The position numbers and the translations under genes are program-made. A DNA stretch of 64,000 nucleotides, from assembly GCF_036321535.1 (NCBI RefSeq), contig NC_087437.1, positions 99,574,001 to 99,638,000 on the forward strand. The letters are read 5' to 3'. Source of the DNA: Camelus dromedarius (lineage: Eukaryota). Of the stretch, positions 1 through 13,620 are shown in pieces. The notes under the pieces are model-generated. The model made no database searches and was not told where the DNA came from. It saw only the letters and a program-made list of their open reading frames with translations. The stretch's first letter is position 1, and each line of letters begins with the position of its first letter.

Positions 1-529
1 TCTTCATAATTTTAGGGTAGTCTGACATTAGTATATACAATTTCCATATATTAGGAAGACAAGTTTATAATATATACACTTATGTATATTAATATATGCA
101 ATATATTGTTAGAAATCGAGATTCTCTGGCCTACCATAATTACATATTTTTCTTTCTATTTTAAAACTGTAATTTTTAAAGAACCAACCAAAGTAGCCAT
201 ACGGATAATTAGCTATCAGTGATTTAGTAAAATAAATGTTAGTTTGGAAGAATTTACTTCAGTATTAGCTTTACTTAATAAAAGTGCCAGAAAATGTGGC
301 CCTTTTCTTGGCTGGGATGTATGTGAAGATAAATTTAGAATTTCTAGTCTAGTAAATACTTCTCTGATAATAGCTTAATTGCAGCTATTTCAAACCAAAT
401 TGTTTAATTGTGGTGAATCATATGCAGATTGTTCAGATGTAGGTCAACCTCCCACTCCCACGTTCCAGCACCTCTTTTCTAATTCAGGAAAGCTGCTCAA
501 TGCCTAAAAGAGACAGAACACCACTGATT

Positions 530-960
530 AAGGACATAAGACAAACACAAACAACGGTAACGTAAAAGTCAACAGGGGGCCAGGAGTCGGAAAAAAAGGC
601 ACGGGCGGCTGCATTTATTTTACCTCTGCCGATGGCCTCTTATGGTTGCTGTGTGTGCACGACGGTTTGCTCACTGCTCATGAGATTTGTTGTTGGCAAA
701 TCACAGTGCCTCTAGGATGCTGTTTCCTCATCTGTACTTATTTTCGGTGATCTGGATAAGTGCACAGGTGGGCCTCATGAACGGGACAGAATACCTTGTG
801 TAGCCCTGGGGGAGGCCAGCGGAGATGTACTGCAGTTGTAGAAGGGATAGGAATCCTTTATTTTTCTGGCTGCTGCATTCTGGTTCTAACCTCTGCTTGC
901 CTTTGTGATGAGTCATTGTATCACTTTCTGATGAACAGAGGAGGTTTTATGCTTCTGCTA
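530..960. promoter_or_regulatory. CpG-retaining non-repetitive block, candidate enhancer or alternative TSS
   Basis: Local cluster of CpGs in an otherwise CpG-depleted window, and a perfect AP-1 site ATGAGTCAT at 908-916. Confidence 0.3.
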
Positions 961-1011
961 AATCTTTATACGTGGTCTACTATACTTTGAAAGAAAAATT
1001 TTTATTTCCAG

Positions 1012-1080
1012 TTTCTAAAGTATCAAAAAATGATAAAGCAGAGTCAGGAGTTTGTTACAGTTGTTGTCTTTTATCTTTAG
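1012..1080 (+). ncRNA. Candidate 69-nt internal exon of the host lncRNA
   Basis: Acceptor tttttatttccag|T and donor TAG|gtaatt, adjacent to a non-repetitive, CpG-retaining block. Confidence 0.35.
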
Positions 1081-1439
1081 GTAATTGTCGCCGATGTTTT
1101 TGGTATATTGACAGAAAATAGTGAGCCTTTCTGGTTATTGACAAAAAACTATATTGGACTTTATATTAATAAAATTAGATTCTATGCCTTACTGTAAATG
1201 ATTTTTTAAATTATCTTTCTTTACTGGAATTTTATTTAAGAATTTGAATTTATATTTTCATATAAATTATGATTTTTACCATTTTCTAAAATGTGTTTTG
1301 AGGTTAAATTTTTTGTTCTTGAATAATTATGGAAGAATTGTTGAATTAAATTACTGACTTAGAATGATTTTCTAATTCTTTGAATGGGGAAAATAGATGG
1401 TATATACTTTATTTCTTTTAATATAAATACTTTTATGGT

Positions 1440-1740
1440 TTGAATTATTTAAAATTAAAAAATTGAGAAGTATACTAAGTAGGATGTGGTATTTCCCTCA
1501 AAGTTAGCTACTGCTGAAGTTTTGGTGTTTATTCTTCCAGATTCTTTTCTTTCTATACATAAACATCAGTATCAATCTGCGCACCTAGTGCTTTCATACT
1601 ATATGCATGATTCTGTGTTTTTTTAACATTTTAATTATGAACATCCTTCTAAGTCAATATATGTTATTTATTTCACCCTTTTTAATAGCTGTATATTGAA
1701 CAACTTTTTTTGGTGTACCATGATTTAGTTAATAGCTCTT
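1440..1740 (-). mobile_element. Degraded old L1 (L1ME-like) 3' fragment
   Basis: Antisense L1M 3'UTR-like motifs (tttttaatagctgtata...gtgtaccatgatttagttaa). Confidence 0.4.
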
Positions 1741-2149
1741 GGAATTTTTTTTTAATAGAACTTTAAAATAGAATGAAAGCAAGTCTTCCTTAATTACATT
1801 TCTGGCAAGCATACAAAAGAATAATTCTTGTTTGTACGTTGAATTAGGAAATTAAGGAGCAAAGGAAAAGTGTTATAGTAACGAGGCATTAAAAAAAATT
1901 CTTAGGTAAGTGTACATAAATGGTCAGGGGAAAGAAAAACTAGTAACATAGATGTTCATATAACTGGGTTGTGGGAATGTAAAACTAAAATTCCATTTTT
2001 TTCAAGGCTCATACCAAGTGGCACCTTCCTCCATAAGCATTCAAACAGACATTCCCCTTCATCCTCATTCTCACCAATTGTGTTACATCTTCATGACATT
2101 GGGAAAAAATAGATCTCATCACATTTGCTGCATATAAAAATTTATCTTG

Positions 2150-2260
2150 CATTTGTCTTTTTTCTTCACCTAGGCTGTTGAATCTTAGCGGATAATGACT
2201 GTGCATTACTTATCTTTGAACCTAGTAGGTGCTGAATAAATGGTCATTCAGTTAAAGTGA
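2150..2260 (+). mobile_element. L2 3' end remnant
   Basis: cctagtaggtgctgaataaatgg resembles the L2 tail. Confidence 0.45.
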
Positions 2261-3766
2261 ATTAAAGTGTGAACACAGGGAGAAATCAAGTGGAAATGTT
2301 TGATCCTATGAAAATTTTATAAGATGCCACTATTTGCCTGTCTGTTTTCTCTGGAGTAAATACAGTAATAATCATTTTTTTCGGATGAGTGAGATACAAA
2401 TGATATAAACATATGTTTTTGATATAAAATAAAAATTATTTAAAATTGAATTCTAATGATTCTTAGTGGCATCCATGCTTAAAATCATACCTACAAGTTA
2501 AGTATTTCAGTAAAATATTTATAAATTTATAAAAAAACATATTTGTATGGTACTGAACATATTTATATATTACCTCATATGGATCTAAAAACACTGTCAG
2601 TCTTAAGGCATTATGCACACATAAGACACTGTTGTTGCTGTTAACACAGTAACAAAGTTGGCTCTGTGAATTAAAAGTATGGATGATTATTGACAAAATA
2701 GAAGTAATACATAAAAGAAGCAATTCTTCATGTGAATTCAGTTAGAAGAAAGGGAATATTGTTTTTAGCACTTTTACATAATACAAGTTGCTGCTCATGC
2801 CATTTAGATGAATCTTTGACATTATCTCAACCAGCAAAAGTAGACTTATTAATAACTTGAATCATGACTGAAAGAATCTCTGATTCCACATTAGTCTGAA
2901 CTCAATGGTAGTATAAGTTTAAAATATCTGAACAAATGCACCGATTTCTTTTTCTTTTTTTACAGAAAAGTGAAAAATTAGTGGGTGTAAAAGTCTCTTT
3001 TGAAACTGAATGTAATGCCTGGTGCATAATGGTTTTTCTTTTCATCTTACTTGCAGAAGTCACTAGCTCCAACTGATTGCACATACATTTTACTGGGCAA
3101 ATCAGGAAAGAGGAAAGGATCTTGGTCAGACTTCTCTAAATAGATTTCTGAGCTTGTTGCTGACCTTTGCTTGACTAGAGCTTGAAATTTAGTATTTCAG
3201 ATGCAAACTGATGCGTTTTTTTTTTCTCAAACTTCTCCCAGTCATTGTTATCTATTTGGCCAAGGTTGCAAATGCAAGTGTTTTAAGAATCCATGTATTC
3301 AACAAAAGTGGGTGTAACAGACCAGTATTATACAATAAGGAGTGGTGTGGACTGAGGAACAGATAGATGATCATATGCACAACATACAAGGGCTGCTTCT
3401 ACTCACTTCAGTCAATTTTCTAGCTGATCGTATGTTCCAGTGACCATAACTTCTGAAGGTGGAATTGAATATTGGAATTTTTGTGTGAAGTCTCACAGTT
3501 TTTGAATGTGCACTCAAATTTTAAATATTGGGGGGAAAAAAACAAGAAAACCATATAAAGGGGTCATGACATGCCTTAGGTGGGCAGTTTACTACCTTTT
3601 CATGGATGCCATGCATACTTGCTCAATCCATGAGTGAATCATAGATCACTAAGAAATAGGGAAATTAAAGAGCACTGTAACCCTTGTTCTCCCATGTCCT
3701 TTGGAAATTTTGTGTAATAATTTAGGCAGGAGCCACAAGTCATTAGCAACAAATATGGAGACCTAC

Positions 3767-3966
3767 CAGATAAGCCTTTTTTTTAAAATTGAAGGATAGT
3801 CAGTTGCAATGTGTCAATTTCTGGTGTGCAGCATAATGTTTAAGTAATACATATACATACATAGATTTGTTTTCTTATTCTTTTTCATTATATGTTACTA
3901 CAAGATACTGAATATAGTTCCCTGGGCTATACAGAAGAAATTTGTTTCTTATCAGATAAGCCTTTT
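3767..3966 (-). mobile_element. Young 5'-truncated L1 3' end (cetartiodactyl/camelid type) with 14-bp TSD
   Basis: Antisense copy of the L1 tail seen at 10380-10530, flanked by identical CAGATAAGCCTTTT at 3767-3780 and 3953-3966 (the last T's may belong to the tail). Confidence 0.85.
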
Positions 3967-4494
3967 CAGTCTATCTCTGGATTCCAGAAAGAGGAAAGCA
4001 AGACTGAACCAATTAAAATATATTATGAAGTGCAAAAGAATTATGGTTAAGAGACATCATTTTTTGAACATATATTTTTTCTAACCCCCGACTACTAATT
4101 TATTACCATCTTTTGTTTTACTCAAGCTTTCTGCAAACCTTTGGTCTTTTATTAATCTTAAAAGAAAATGATGACTAAAGATAATGGATCAAAGGGAAGT
4201 CAAGCCCATGGGGAAAATAAAAATCAAACATGCAAATCTTGTCACATAATCATTAATGAATAAACATGGGTCAGTGGACCCTGGTTTGTTTTACATTTTT
4301 ACCTTTAATATTTTACTCTCTGAGACCTCTCCTGACTTCCTCTGGACAGATTCACCCTCCCTTCTTCTATTTTAATTCTTTATTATATCACTACATATTT
4401 CACTGCATTTAATGGTACCTAATTACAGTTGCTCACATGTCTCTCTTCCCAAGTAGAATTGAGACTCTTAAGGTCAGAGATAATATCTTTAAAA

Positions 4495-4857
4495 CTTTTT
4501 TAAAAAAAAATCATAACTTACAGAAAATTTGCAAGTACAGCACAGAGAACTTTTTCCACAGAACTATTTGAAAGGAAATTGCCAACCTAATGCCTCATTA
4601 CCCTCAAGTACTTTTAGCATGTGTTTCCTTACAAACAAAGACATTTTCCACATAACCGCAGTAAAATAATATCAAATACTAAGGACTGAATTGTGCCTCC
4701 CCATTCATATAGTGAAGCCCTAACAATGTAATGGTACTTGGAGAAGAGGCCTTTGGGACCTAAGTAGATTTAAATGAGGTAATGAGCATGGGTCTCTCAT
4801 AATGGGATTAGTGTGCTTATAAGAAGATACCCTAGAGAGTTTGCTTTCTCTTTCCCA

Positions 4858-4889
<32 letters not shown>

Positions 4890-5320
4890 CTGCCATGTGA
4901 GAGCAAAAACAAGCAAGAAAATTCTCACTGAGGAATGGAATTGGTTAGCTCCTTGATCTTGGACTTGCCAGCCTCCAAATGTGAGAAATAAGTTCCTGTT
5001 GCTTGAGCTGCCCAGGCTAGGATATTTTGTTAAAGCAGCTGGAGCTGACTAATACATCAGGAAGTTAACAATGATATATTACTACCATCTAATCCTCAGA
5101 TGCCATTGAATTTTCAATTGTCTGAATAAATTCCAGCTACTGTCCTTTAGCGTGTAAGAATTTGTTTTCAAATGATCTTCATTTAGTAGTTTCATTTTAT
5201 TAGGCTCCATGAGTATAGAAATGGTCCACAGACATTCCTTGACTTTCATAACCCTGATACTTTTGAAGATTACATTCCAGTTGTTTCATAGCATGCCTTT
5301 AATTTGGGTTTGATTGATGC
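4495..5320 (-). mobile_element. L1MC-like 3' fragment interrupted by MLT1
   Basis: The antisense L1M tail (acttacagaaaatttgcaagtacagcacagagaac...atcaaa) continues after the LTR as tcaggaagttaacaatgatat. Confidence 0.65.
4677..5055. mobile_element. MaLR solo LTR (MLT1A-like) containing a (CT)n tract
   Basis: ggactgaattgtgcctcccc...aatgggattagtgtgcttataagaag...ttgatcttggacttgccagcctcc...gctgactaataca. Confidence 0.8.
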
Positions 5321-5635
5321 AAGGATCATATTTTATGCAAATTTGGATCCTAACATCTAGGACAGTGTCTGGCACATAGATGATGTTCAGTAAACTCTAG
5401 TTGAGGAATAAATTAGTGATTGAAAACCTCTACTGAGAAACCCTGAATCACTTGCATAATGCTAGTATCAAGAACTTCAAAACTATAAAGATAAAAATAT
5501 AAAACATGTCCACAAATAAAAAAAGAACACAAACTCTGATGTATTCTGGTAATGATGTTGAGATCTGTTCTTTAACTCATTTCGTGGGCATTCATACACT
5601 GGCTGTTTTGTAAGTTAATACCAGTTTCTTTGGAG

Positions 5636-5940
5636 CAGTGCTCCTCAAAGCATGGTCTGGACTATTCCAGGTTACACACTGCTTCTGGTTCATGATGACG
5701 TAAGTTGAGAAGTTGAGGATAAGCATTTAGAAAACCTTCTTAGCATTTTGACAGAGTAATTCTGTTTCTGCTGAATCTAATTATTCTGAAGTGAAATATT
5801 AGATATATTTTATCTAATATTTTCTTTTTCTTTTTTAACCTATTTATCTAGTAATTAGTTTACATTGTTTGCTGTATTATTGATCCACAATGGATTAGAG
5901 ACTGAAGATGGGCCACTTACCACAGTTTGTGGTCATTCTC
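5636..5940. mobile_element. hAT-Charlie-type MITE remnant
   Basis: Begins with the Charlie-type terminus cagtgctcctcaaagcatggtc and has a degenerate complementary end (accacagtttg...). Confidence 0.5.
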
Positions 5941-6604
5941 ATCAGAGTAAAGGGGGATAATTTTGAACTAGAACATGCTGGCACTTGACCTTGCACCTGA
6001 AGCATGGGTAAACTCTTACTAGTTTATAAACTAGAGAAATGGACAATTCGGGCATAACAAAGTGTAAGAGTAAGTGTGTGTGTGTATCATGCATGAGCAA
6101 ATGTGCATTTGTTTGCATGTTTGTGCATGTTGGATGGGTATCAGAAGACAGGAACCTCAAAAGACAGTAAGACCTCATAATTCACATCCTGGGTAATGCC
6201 AGCTCTTCCCACATCTGATTGCATTGCATCCCGAAACATTAGTTCCAGGAGCATTGCCTCCTGTCGAACATTCTTGTGTTCCCTTTCATTCTGAACACAT
6301 TCTTTCCCTTGACCACCAAAGTCCTAGAGTTCCCATTGCTGACAAAACACTGATAAGCTCCTCTGATCAAGAAAGTGGCCAGCGCTGCTATGACCACTTC
6401 TAGATGACAGAGCTTATGCACAACTTTCCAAATATTTAAATGGCAAGAAAAAAGAAGTAGTTAGAAAAGAGGGAAAATGATGAGAGAAAGAATAGAATAA
6501 GCATAAGAAATAATGATAGGGGAAAAAGAACATAACAGGAAGGAAACACATGACTGCATCAAGTTTGACTTACCCTGGCAGCCTTCAAGGGCAGTAACAT
6601 TAAG

Positions 6605-7680
6605 TTCAGTTCAAAACATATTTATTAAGAAACTGTCATAGACCAGACACGAGACCCGGTAAATAAAAAGAAGAATAAGGCACAAGAACTTACCCTAGCA
6701 TGACTGTAGTGTTTTGGGTAAGACAGATAAGCAAATATGATTTCCAGGTAGTGTTTGGGACACTCGTTGGGGTGTTCACAGGCTCAGGGGAAAGGTGACA
6801 GTCCAGCCTCCCTGGCTTCTCTGAGGAGATTACGCCCATGAAGGTTCTTGATGAAAATGAAACTAAATTGAAAAAAACAGGATAGGGAAGAAGCACAATT
6901 TGATAGTCAGCATTCAGTTGAGGAACTGGTACATTGTTAGTGCTTAATAAATGTCTGTTGAATGAATGAACGGTTTGATTAATTAGAATTAGCTGACCAA
7001 CTGGAGGGAAGTGCAATGCTAGAAAGAGGAACTAGGAAGAGGCATGGAAGCATAATACAGCAACGGTGCGCCGGGCAGAGGGAAAAGCTGCAGCCCCCGA
7101 GCTGGAGTAAAATCTGTGTGGCAGAGAGGGATGAGCTGAGGATGGAGGCTTAAGTAGAAGCCAGGTAATTTCCCTGCAATGCTAAGGCCCCAGGCCTTTT
7201 CTGTGGGTATAGGGATGTGACATTGTGATGTGTGTAGTGTAGTTTGATTGTAGATGACTAAGTGTGGGGAGACAGGATAGACACAGTAATACTAATTAAG
7301 AGGCCATTTCACTAGTCTTGACAGGAAAAGACGAAGATCTAACAGACGGCAATGAAGGAGTGGTGAAGAATGGTGGAGGGGCAGGTACACAGATTCAGGA
7401 GTCACTTGAGAAGTAGAATTAGTGGAATATCTCACTGATTCAGTGGATAGTGGAAGAGGTGGGGTAAATCACAGTGTGAAGGATAAAGATGAAAGCTTGG
7501 GCAATTTCTGTTTTTATGATTTGGGTGCCTAGATGAATGATGATATTCTAGATCAAGCTGAGGTATATATATGGGAGGACAAATAAGTGGAAAATAGGGA
7601 AAGATAGAAAAAGGAATCCAGTTTCAGACATTAAATTGAGGTGCTTTTTGAGGAAGAGAAAAGATCAAAGCTGGAGAAAT
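6605..7680 (-). mobile_element. L2 fragments (mainly antisense, with a sense L2 tail at ~6905-6972)
   Basis: ttcaaaacatatttattaag start, purine-rich L2-like body, and gtgcttaataaatgtctgttgaatgaatgaa tail. Confidence 0.6.
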
Positions 7681-8904
7681 ATATGTATATTTTTATATAT
7701 ATATGTAATATGGTATGCATATATAGCAAGGGTTTCATTTGTCAATTCTGTCTTCACAGAGTCATGTAAAACTTTACTTTCTCATTAATTTATTGCTGTC
7801 AGATTAACTTACTGCTTAAATATATCATTTGAAATTCTAGTAATTCAGTCCATATTTTAAAACATACCACAGAGGGAAAATGCTGTAGCTTAAAACTAGT
7901 TCCAGACTTGTGAAAACATCATGTGTCTCCACTACCAAAGCCAAGAGGAGAACTGTGCCAATTACATGCCTGAACCTGTTTCAGTTTCAATTACCTGGAT
8001 TATTGAGGCAGAAACAACCTTTGTGCTTAATTGACCCTTGTAATTGTCTTAGTTCTCTGCTTTACCTTTCTCGTGGGTACATTTCTATGTTCTACTGTTA
8101 TTGGAAAGAAAAATTAGCTTCCTTTACTGGTGGCTCCAGAAAAAAAATTTTAAATATACTTTACAGTTCAGAGAATTAACATTTTATTAGCCTCTGTATT
8201 TAGAGAGTAACATAATGAATAAAGGGAAAGCAGTTGACCAGTAGTCACCTCATGGTCATCGTGTCTTCAGTTCAGTTACCTCTTACTGTTTTTTACAACA
8301 AACCTCAATGACTCAGTCTTATCAGTAGTCACCTTTGAGCATCTCCTAATTTAAGATGTCCAGAGACCAAACAGATTCTTGAACTCACCATATGTTTGCG
8401 TCAGTGTTGTAAAGGTTAGGTCTCCAGGCAACTCATGCACCTGCAGTGAAACTCAAAATGGATTAGTCAATGGAAAGAGAATGCTTACACTTCAGTCTCT
8501 CAACCACAAGTTCAGCTTTTCCATATAGCAGTCCAAAACCCAAGGATTTCTACCAACTGGAGACATTGACAGCACAGCTGTCATTATATCCCTGATCTTT
8601 CACTCAGTAACTTTTTTCAACCCAGTTAATGGAAAAGCCAGAATGATCAGGTAGTGCATGAATAAATTATGATTCTCTCAAATTTCCTTTCTGGATTATC
8701 TTATATGGAAGAGGTAGAAAAAATCTATGTAATGCCACTCCTTTTCCCCTGAACACAGTGGGTGAGAACAAATGTAAAGTTTCTGGTTATCAATTTCATG
8801 TACTAAAATATATAGACTCCAAAATATATAAATCTAAGTTTAGTGTTTTAAAACTCAGAAATATTTAACAGTCAAAATTCATAAAGCATGCAGGTAGCCT
8901 CTCA

Positions 8905-9840
8905 TCATTTATTTTCATCTATTCAAGTGTTTATTCACTGGTAGATTTCATCAATGAGTATTGAGCATGTCCTCTGTACTAGGCAAGATATTAGGCTTTG
9001 CAGACTTGTAGGCATAAGTCAGATTGTCTGTCCTCAGAGGGATGCATATAGTTCTAAGAGCACAGAGGACAGGCTTTAACCCTAATCTGGACCAAAAGCC
9101 TCAGGTGTGGCTTCCCAGAGGAGAGGATATGAAGGTAGAGACTCGAAGAGTCAGGCAGACTGACAAGATGGATAAGGGAGTCCCAGCTACCTTACACACA
9201 TATTGATGGCAAGGAAAACCCACTTGAGGAATGACAATGTGATGTTTGGAACACAGAGAATACATGGGGGAGGGGCCAGGCAAGTCGACATGTGCTAAAT
9301 CACAAAAGCTTTCAATGCAATGCTGGTAACTTTGAATTAAGTTCTGAAGATGGTGAAGAACAAATGAATGAATATAAGAATGGGCACGAATTGACCAGAT
9401 TTACTTGTTAGAACAATCTCTGTAAATTTCTGCAACTATGAAAGCTAAGTAAATTGATCAAGCAAGAAGCGTCAATAAAGAGGAGAGTGACCAGTGAATA
9501 GAAGAGTGAGAAGAAGGTTGTGCAGGTTATTCAAGAGCTATTTTCAATATCAAGTTGACAAGAACTTCACCATTCTTGTGTGGGAGGTTAACATGAGCTG
9601 GAAATCTTGTGTGGCTCTCTAAGTTTGCAAGAAAGGGTATGTATTTCAGTGCCAATAACTGGCTAAGAGGAAAAGGTTTGGGAGACAATGAGGTCAATTA
9701 TGAACATGTTGAGAGGTTGATGTGTTTGAGGTAGTCTGTTAGTGACATAAGTAGACTGTTGAATAGGTAGATCTGTCCCTTAAGACAGAAACTTAGACTA
9801 AAGATAGACTAGAAGGAGTGATTTGTGTATAATCAGTAAA
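8905..9840 (-). mobile_element. L2 fragment, interrupted by the L1 at 9847
   Basis: tattgagcatgtcctctgtactaggc start and L2-like motifs through gaacatgttgag...gttgaataggtag. Confidence 0.6.
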
Positions 9841-9846
9841 AAGATG

Positions 9847-10534
9847 GGAAATAGTTTGGAGATTCCTCAAAAAACTAAAAATGGACTTACCATATGATCC
9901 AGCAATCCCACTCCTGGGCATATATCCGAAGGGAACTGTAATTTGAAAAGATACATGCACCCCTGTATTCATAGCATCACTATGTACAATAGTCAAGACA
10001 TGAAAACAACCTAAATGACCATCAAGAGAGGACTGGATAAAGAAACTGTAGTATATTTATACAGTGGAATACTACTCAGCCTTAAAAAAGAATAAAATAA
10101 TGCCATTTGCAGCAACATGGATGGATCTGGAGATTGTCATTCTAAGTGAAGTAAGCCAGAGAGAGAAAGAAAAATACCATATGATACCACTCATATGTGT
10201 AATCTAAAAAAGAAAAAAATAAAGAAGGCACTAATGAACATATCTACAAAACAGAAACAGACTCACAGACATAGTAAACAAACTTATGGTAACCGGGGAA
10301 GGGAGTGGGAAAAGATAAATTGGGAGTTCGAGATTCGCAAATACTAACTACTATATATAAAATAGATAAACAACATGTTTATTCTGTGTAGCACAGGGAA
10401 CTATATTCAATTTCTTGTAGTAACCTATAATGAAAAAGAATATGAAAAGGAATATATGTATGTATATGTATGAATGGAACATAATGCTGTACACTAGAAA
10501 TTATCACACTGTAACTGACTATACTTCAATTTTA
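9847..10534 (+). mobile_element. 5'-truncated young L1 (ORF2 C-terminal remnant + 3'UTR), cetartiodactyl/camelid type
   Basis: ttaccatatgatccagcaatcccactcctgggcatatatcc...gcagcaacatggatggatctggag...gactatacttcaa, with probable TSD AAAAAGATG at 9838-9846 and 10535-10543. Confidence 0.92.
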
Positions 10535-12779
10535 AAAAAGATGTAAATGGAGTAGTCCAGATGTACATCTATGGCAGGAAGTGAACCAACCTCCAAACCA
10601 TGATGAGCCAGTAGAGTGCGTGAAATTACAGATGCAGGGCTGATGTGACAAAAGTCTCATCCAAAATCCTAAAATCTTTGAATATTAATGTGGGATGACT
10701 TCTTTTGAAAGATGCCTTGTATTTTGAAAAACAAGAATCCAAATTCTAGGAAAAATCTTTCTAAAATAAAAGGAAGTGCACCCCGGTCTTGAAATGTGTT
10801 GCATTTCTGCAAATCTTATTTTCAAACAGTCCACTTTATGTTTTAACTCACAAGTGGTCAGACCCATCCTGTTCAAGTATGAGCACAAAAACATAATCAA
10901 AGATTACTCAGCACTCAGGATCCCACTTTTTCCTACAAGATCTTTTTTTTTTTTAATTTTATAGCACCCAACTCACTTAAAGAAGAACAACCTTCTCAAA
11001 GTGTGAAGTTTTCGATGATCTAATTCACTTAGCTATGGCAATATTTTCCTCCATTAGCTCATTAGAAAGAATGCCAATGACATAAAAATAAATGGGAGTA
11101 AAAATAAATTAAATATTTGACCTTAATAACATATTGCTTAACTCCTATTTGTTTAATGTCACCTTCATATGAATTAGCATAATCTAAAAGAATGATTTCA
11201 TTTTCTACCCTGTAAAACAATGTTACAGAAAGGTTAAATGGCCACAGAAAGAAAGATAGTCTGAGAAGGCTTTTTTTTTCTTTGTGAATTAAATAGGCTT
11301 TAGACAGCTATTAAATCTTATAAAATGTATTTTAAGGTAATATTTTAGTCAAGCTAATATGTAACTTCTAATTATTCCTATATACATTAGTGAGATCTCT
11401 GTGGGATCAATATTAGTAAAAGAACATGAGGTTAAATATCATAAAGATGAATCAATTCCATAGTCTTAACATTTTTAGGATTCATTATTACTCAGATTTT
11501 ACTATATTTCATTATCATTATTAAGATATTATTCAAGCAAATCAGTTAACTTTTATCAAAACCAGATATAAAACCTAATTATTTAATTTGATAATAGCTT
11601 TTTAAAATTTTTATTGTCAGAAAATTTATATCATTTTCATATTATCATTATCATCATTTTAAAATGTATATATAGAGAGCCATGCATGTCCAAGTCATAA
11701 ACAGATAAAGCCTCTATCATTTATAGCAGTCATTTTTATTCATACTAAAAAACTGATTTTTTAAGAAATTTGCTTAACAAGCAAAAATAATATATTATCA
11801 TTTGAGGTAATTTGAAGATCAGTCATTATTCATGAACCCATTGGATGGGTGGATCCTTTGTTAACCCAGTGTCTCACCTCTTGTCCCCCTTCCTGTCCCA
11901 TCTCTCTTCTGTCTTTGGTGGAATATTTTTGTGACCCGACAGAGCCACATGTAACTCTGACCTGTGTATGGTCAATAAATAGCACAAAAATTTGGAAGGT
12001 GTCCAAAGAAGAACTTTTTTTTTAACTTTCTAAAGAGGAGGTTAAAAAAACAAAACCAAAAAACCTCTCTTCCTACCTTCTAAACTATCATACATTGTTT
12101 GTAAGAGCATAACTTTGAGGGTTACAGGAGGACAGGGCAGAGGTTAGGGGAACATGGGACAATGTAGTTGTTTGAAGGACTGTCGAAAAATTATATCACC
12201 CAAGACTGGTATTTTCATGAGTTTTTTGATGTAATGTACAATTAAAATAAGTGTTTGCTTATTTTAATATTGCTCCAATCTATTTTTAACAAGAGGCTTG
12301 TATTCAATTTTATGGAATACATCTTTAATTTAGTATCTACAAATAAATCACTTCTTAAGTTTAACTACTAACATATTTTTCCAGCTTAGAATTTCATGAC
12401 CAAAAAAAGTTTGTATTTTTAGCATCAATAACCCATTAGAATATAAAAGTTTTTGTTACCTTAGGTTTTAAGTAAGGAATTTATGTATTCACAGAGGTAA
12501 AAAAATTTTTAATAACACTTTTGACAATAAGCTACATTAAGAAAAAGAAATCTCCTCCTTGTAACAATTAGACTTTCCTCTTAATAACCCATTTAATCAG
12601 ATCTTGACTTAAAAAAAAAAGAAAGGCATTTTTGAGAGGTTTATTTTCTCATTTATCAACTTACATACACATCTTTCTTCTTTGATACTTTCATTCCATT
12701 CAACTTGATCTAACTCATTCTTACAGAAATCTGTGACTAGCTGCTCCTTACCCATTTGAGATTTCCATTGTTTTAATGA

Positions 12780-13152
12780 AAATATATCCTTTATTTTTCC
12801 CCCCGACATTTTTCTTCACTCCATATCTTGCAAAAATCGGCCTCACCACCTTCTGCAACATAGCCCTCATTCTTTGGTCTTCTTTCGACCTTCTCCATGC
12901 TCGCCCCACTCTGCATGCCCCAACCCTTGCCTCAGTATTGTCTGATCAGGGACCCCCTTAGGCATGCCCACACTCTCCTCTGGAACCCCCAACCTATGAA
13001 AAAATGTAACCAGAGCAATGCCTTGCACTTACCTGTTATCAAACTCTCCTTAATACTTTATTAACTGAATTATTTTTATATTCCCAGAACCATACTAAAT
13101 GATGACAGATATGTTCTAGATCCTCAATCGTTTTTTTATTGTATGAATGAAT
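12780..13152 (+). mobile_element. L2 3' region remnant
   Basis: Pyrimidine-rich body ending in a tgtatgaatgaat tail. Confidence 0.4.
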
Positions 13153-13329
13153 AATTCCATCATCCAGGAAAAAAAAAAAACCTCTTATTTATGTTTTTAA
13201 ACTAGTTCCTTCATATATATTTGGTATTCATGCAGTATTTTTTTGGCTGACAACTAAACACGTTCTGCCTGGTTTTATCACTGTTCTAGTGTTAATTCAA
13301 TAAGTGTTTTCTCATGAAAATCAAATTTC

Positions 13330-13620
13330 TTTGTATGTAAAAATGTTACCATAGTTCAATATTTTATTTCATGTATGTATTTATCATTTATAGACACATT
13401 TATCTGTCTTTTAATTTTTCTTCTGGATATATTTCTAGAAATTAAATTATTATAATCCTGAAATTTTAGAGCTTTTGATTCATTTTGCAAAACTGCTTTC
13501 CAGAGAGAGTACCAATTTATATTACTGTGAAAGATTTCTGAAACTTCCAAACATACTTCTCTCATCAGTATTGGAAAGTCCTATGATAAAATGGTTTGCA
13601 TAAAAAGTTGTGATTTATCA
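13330..13620 (-). mobile_element. Old L1M fragment
   Basis: Antisense L1 motifs ggatatatttctagaa...ttgcaaaactgctttccagagagagtaccaattta. Confidence 0.5.

Larger units (their letters stand above)
4300..5425 (+). mobile_element. L2 3' region split by nested L1MC-like and MLT1 insertions
   Basis: L2-like sequence at 4300-4490 resumes at ~5320 and ends in ggacagtgtctggcacatagatgatgttcagtaaac. Confidence 0.6.

Noticed and set aside
5794..6034. Short palindromes (12-bp stem 5794-5822; CTAGTTTATAAACTAG 6019-6034)
   Set aside because: AT-rich and short, so plausibly chance. The first lies in a MITE remnant.
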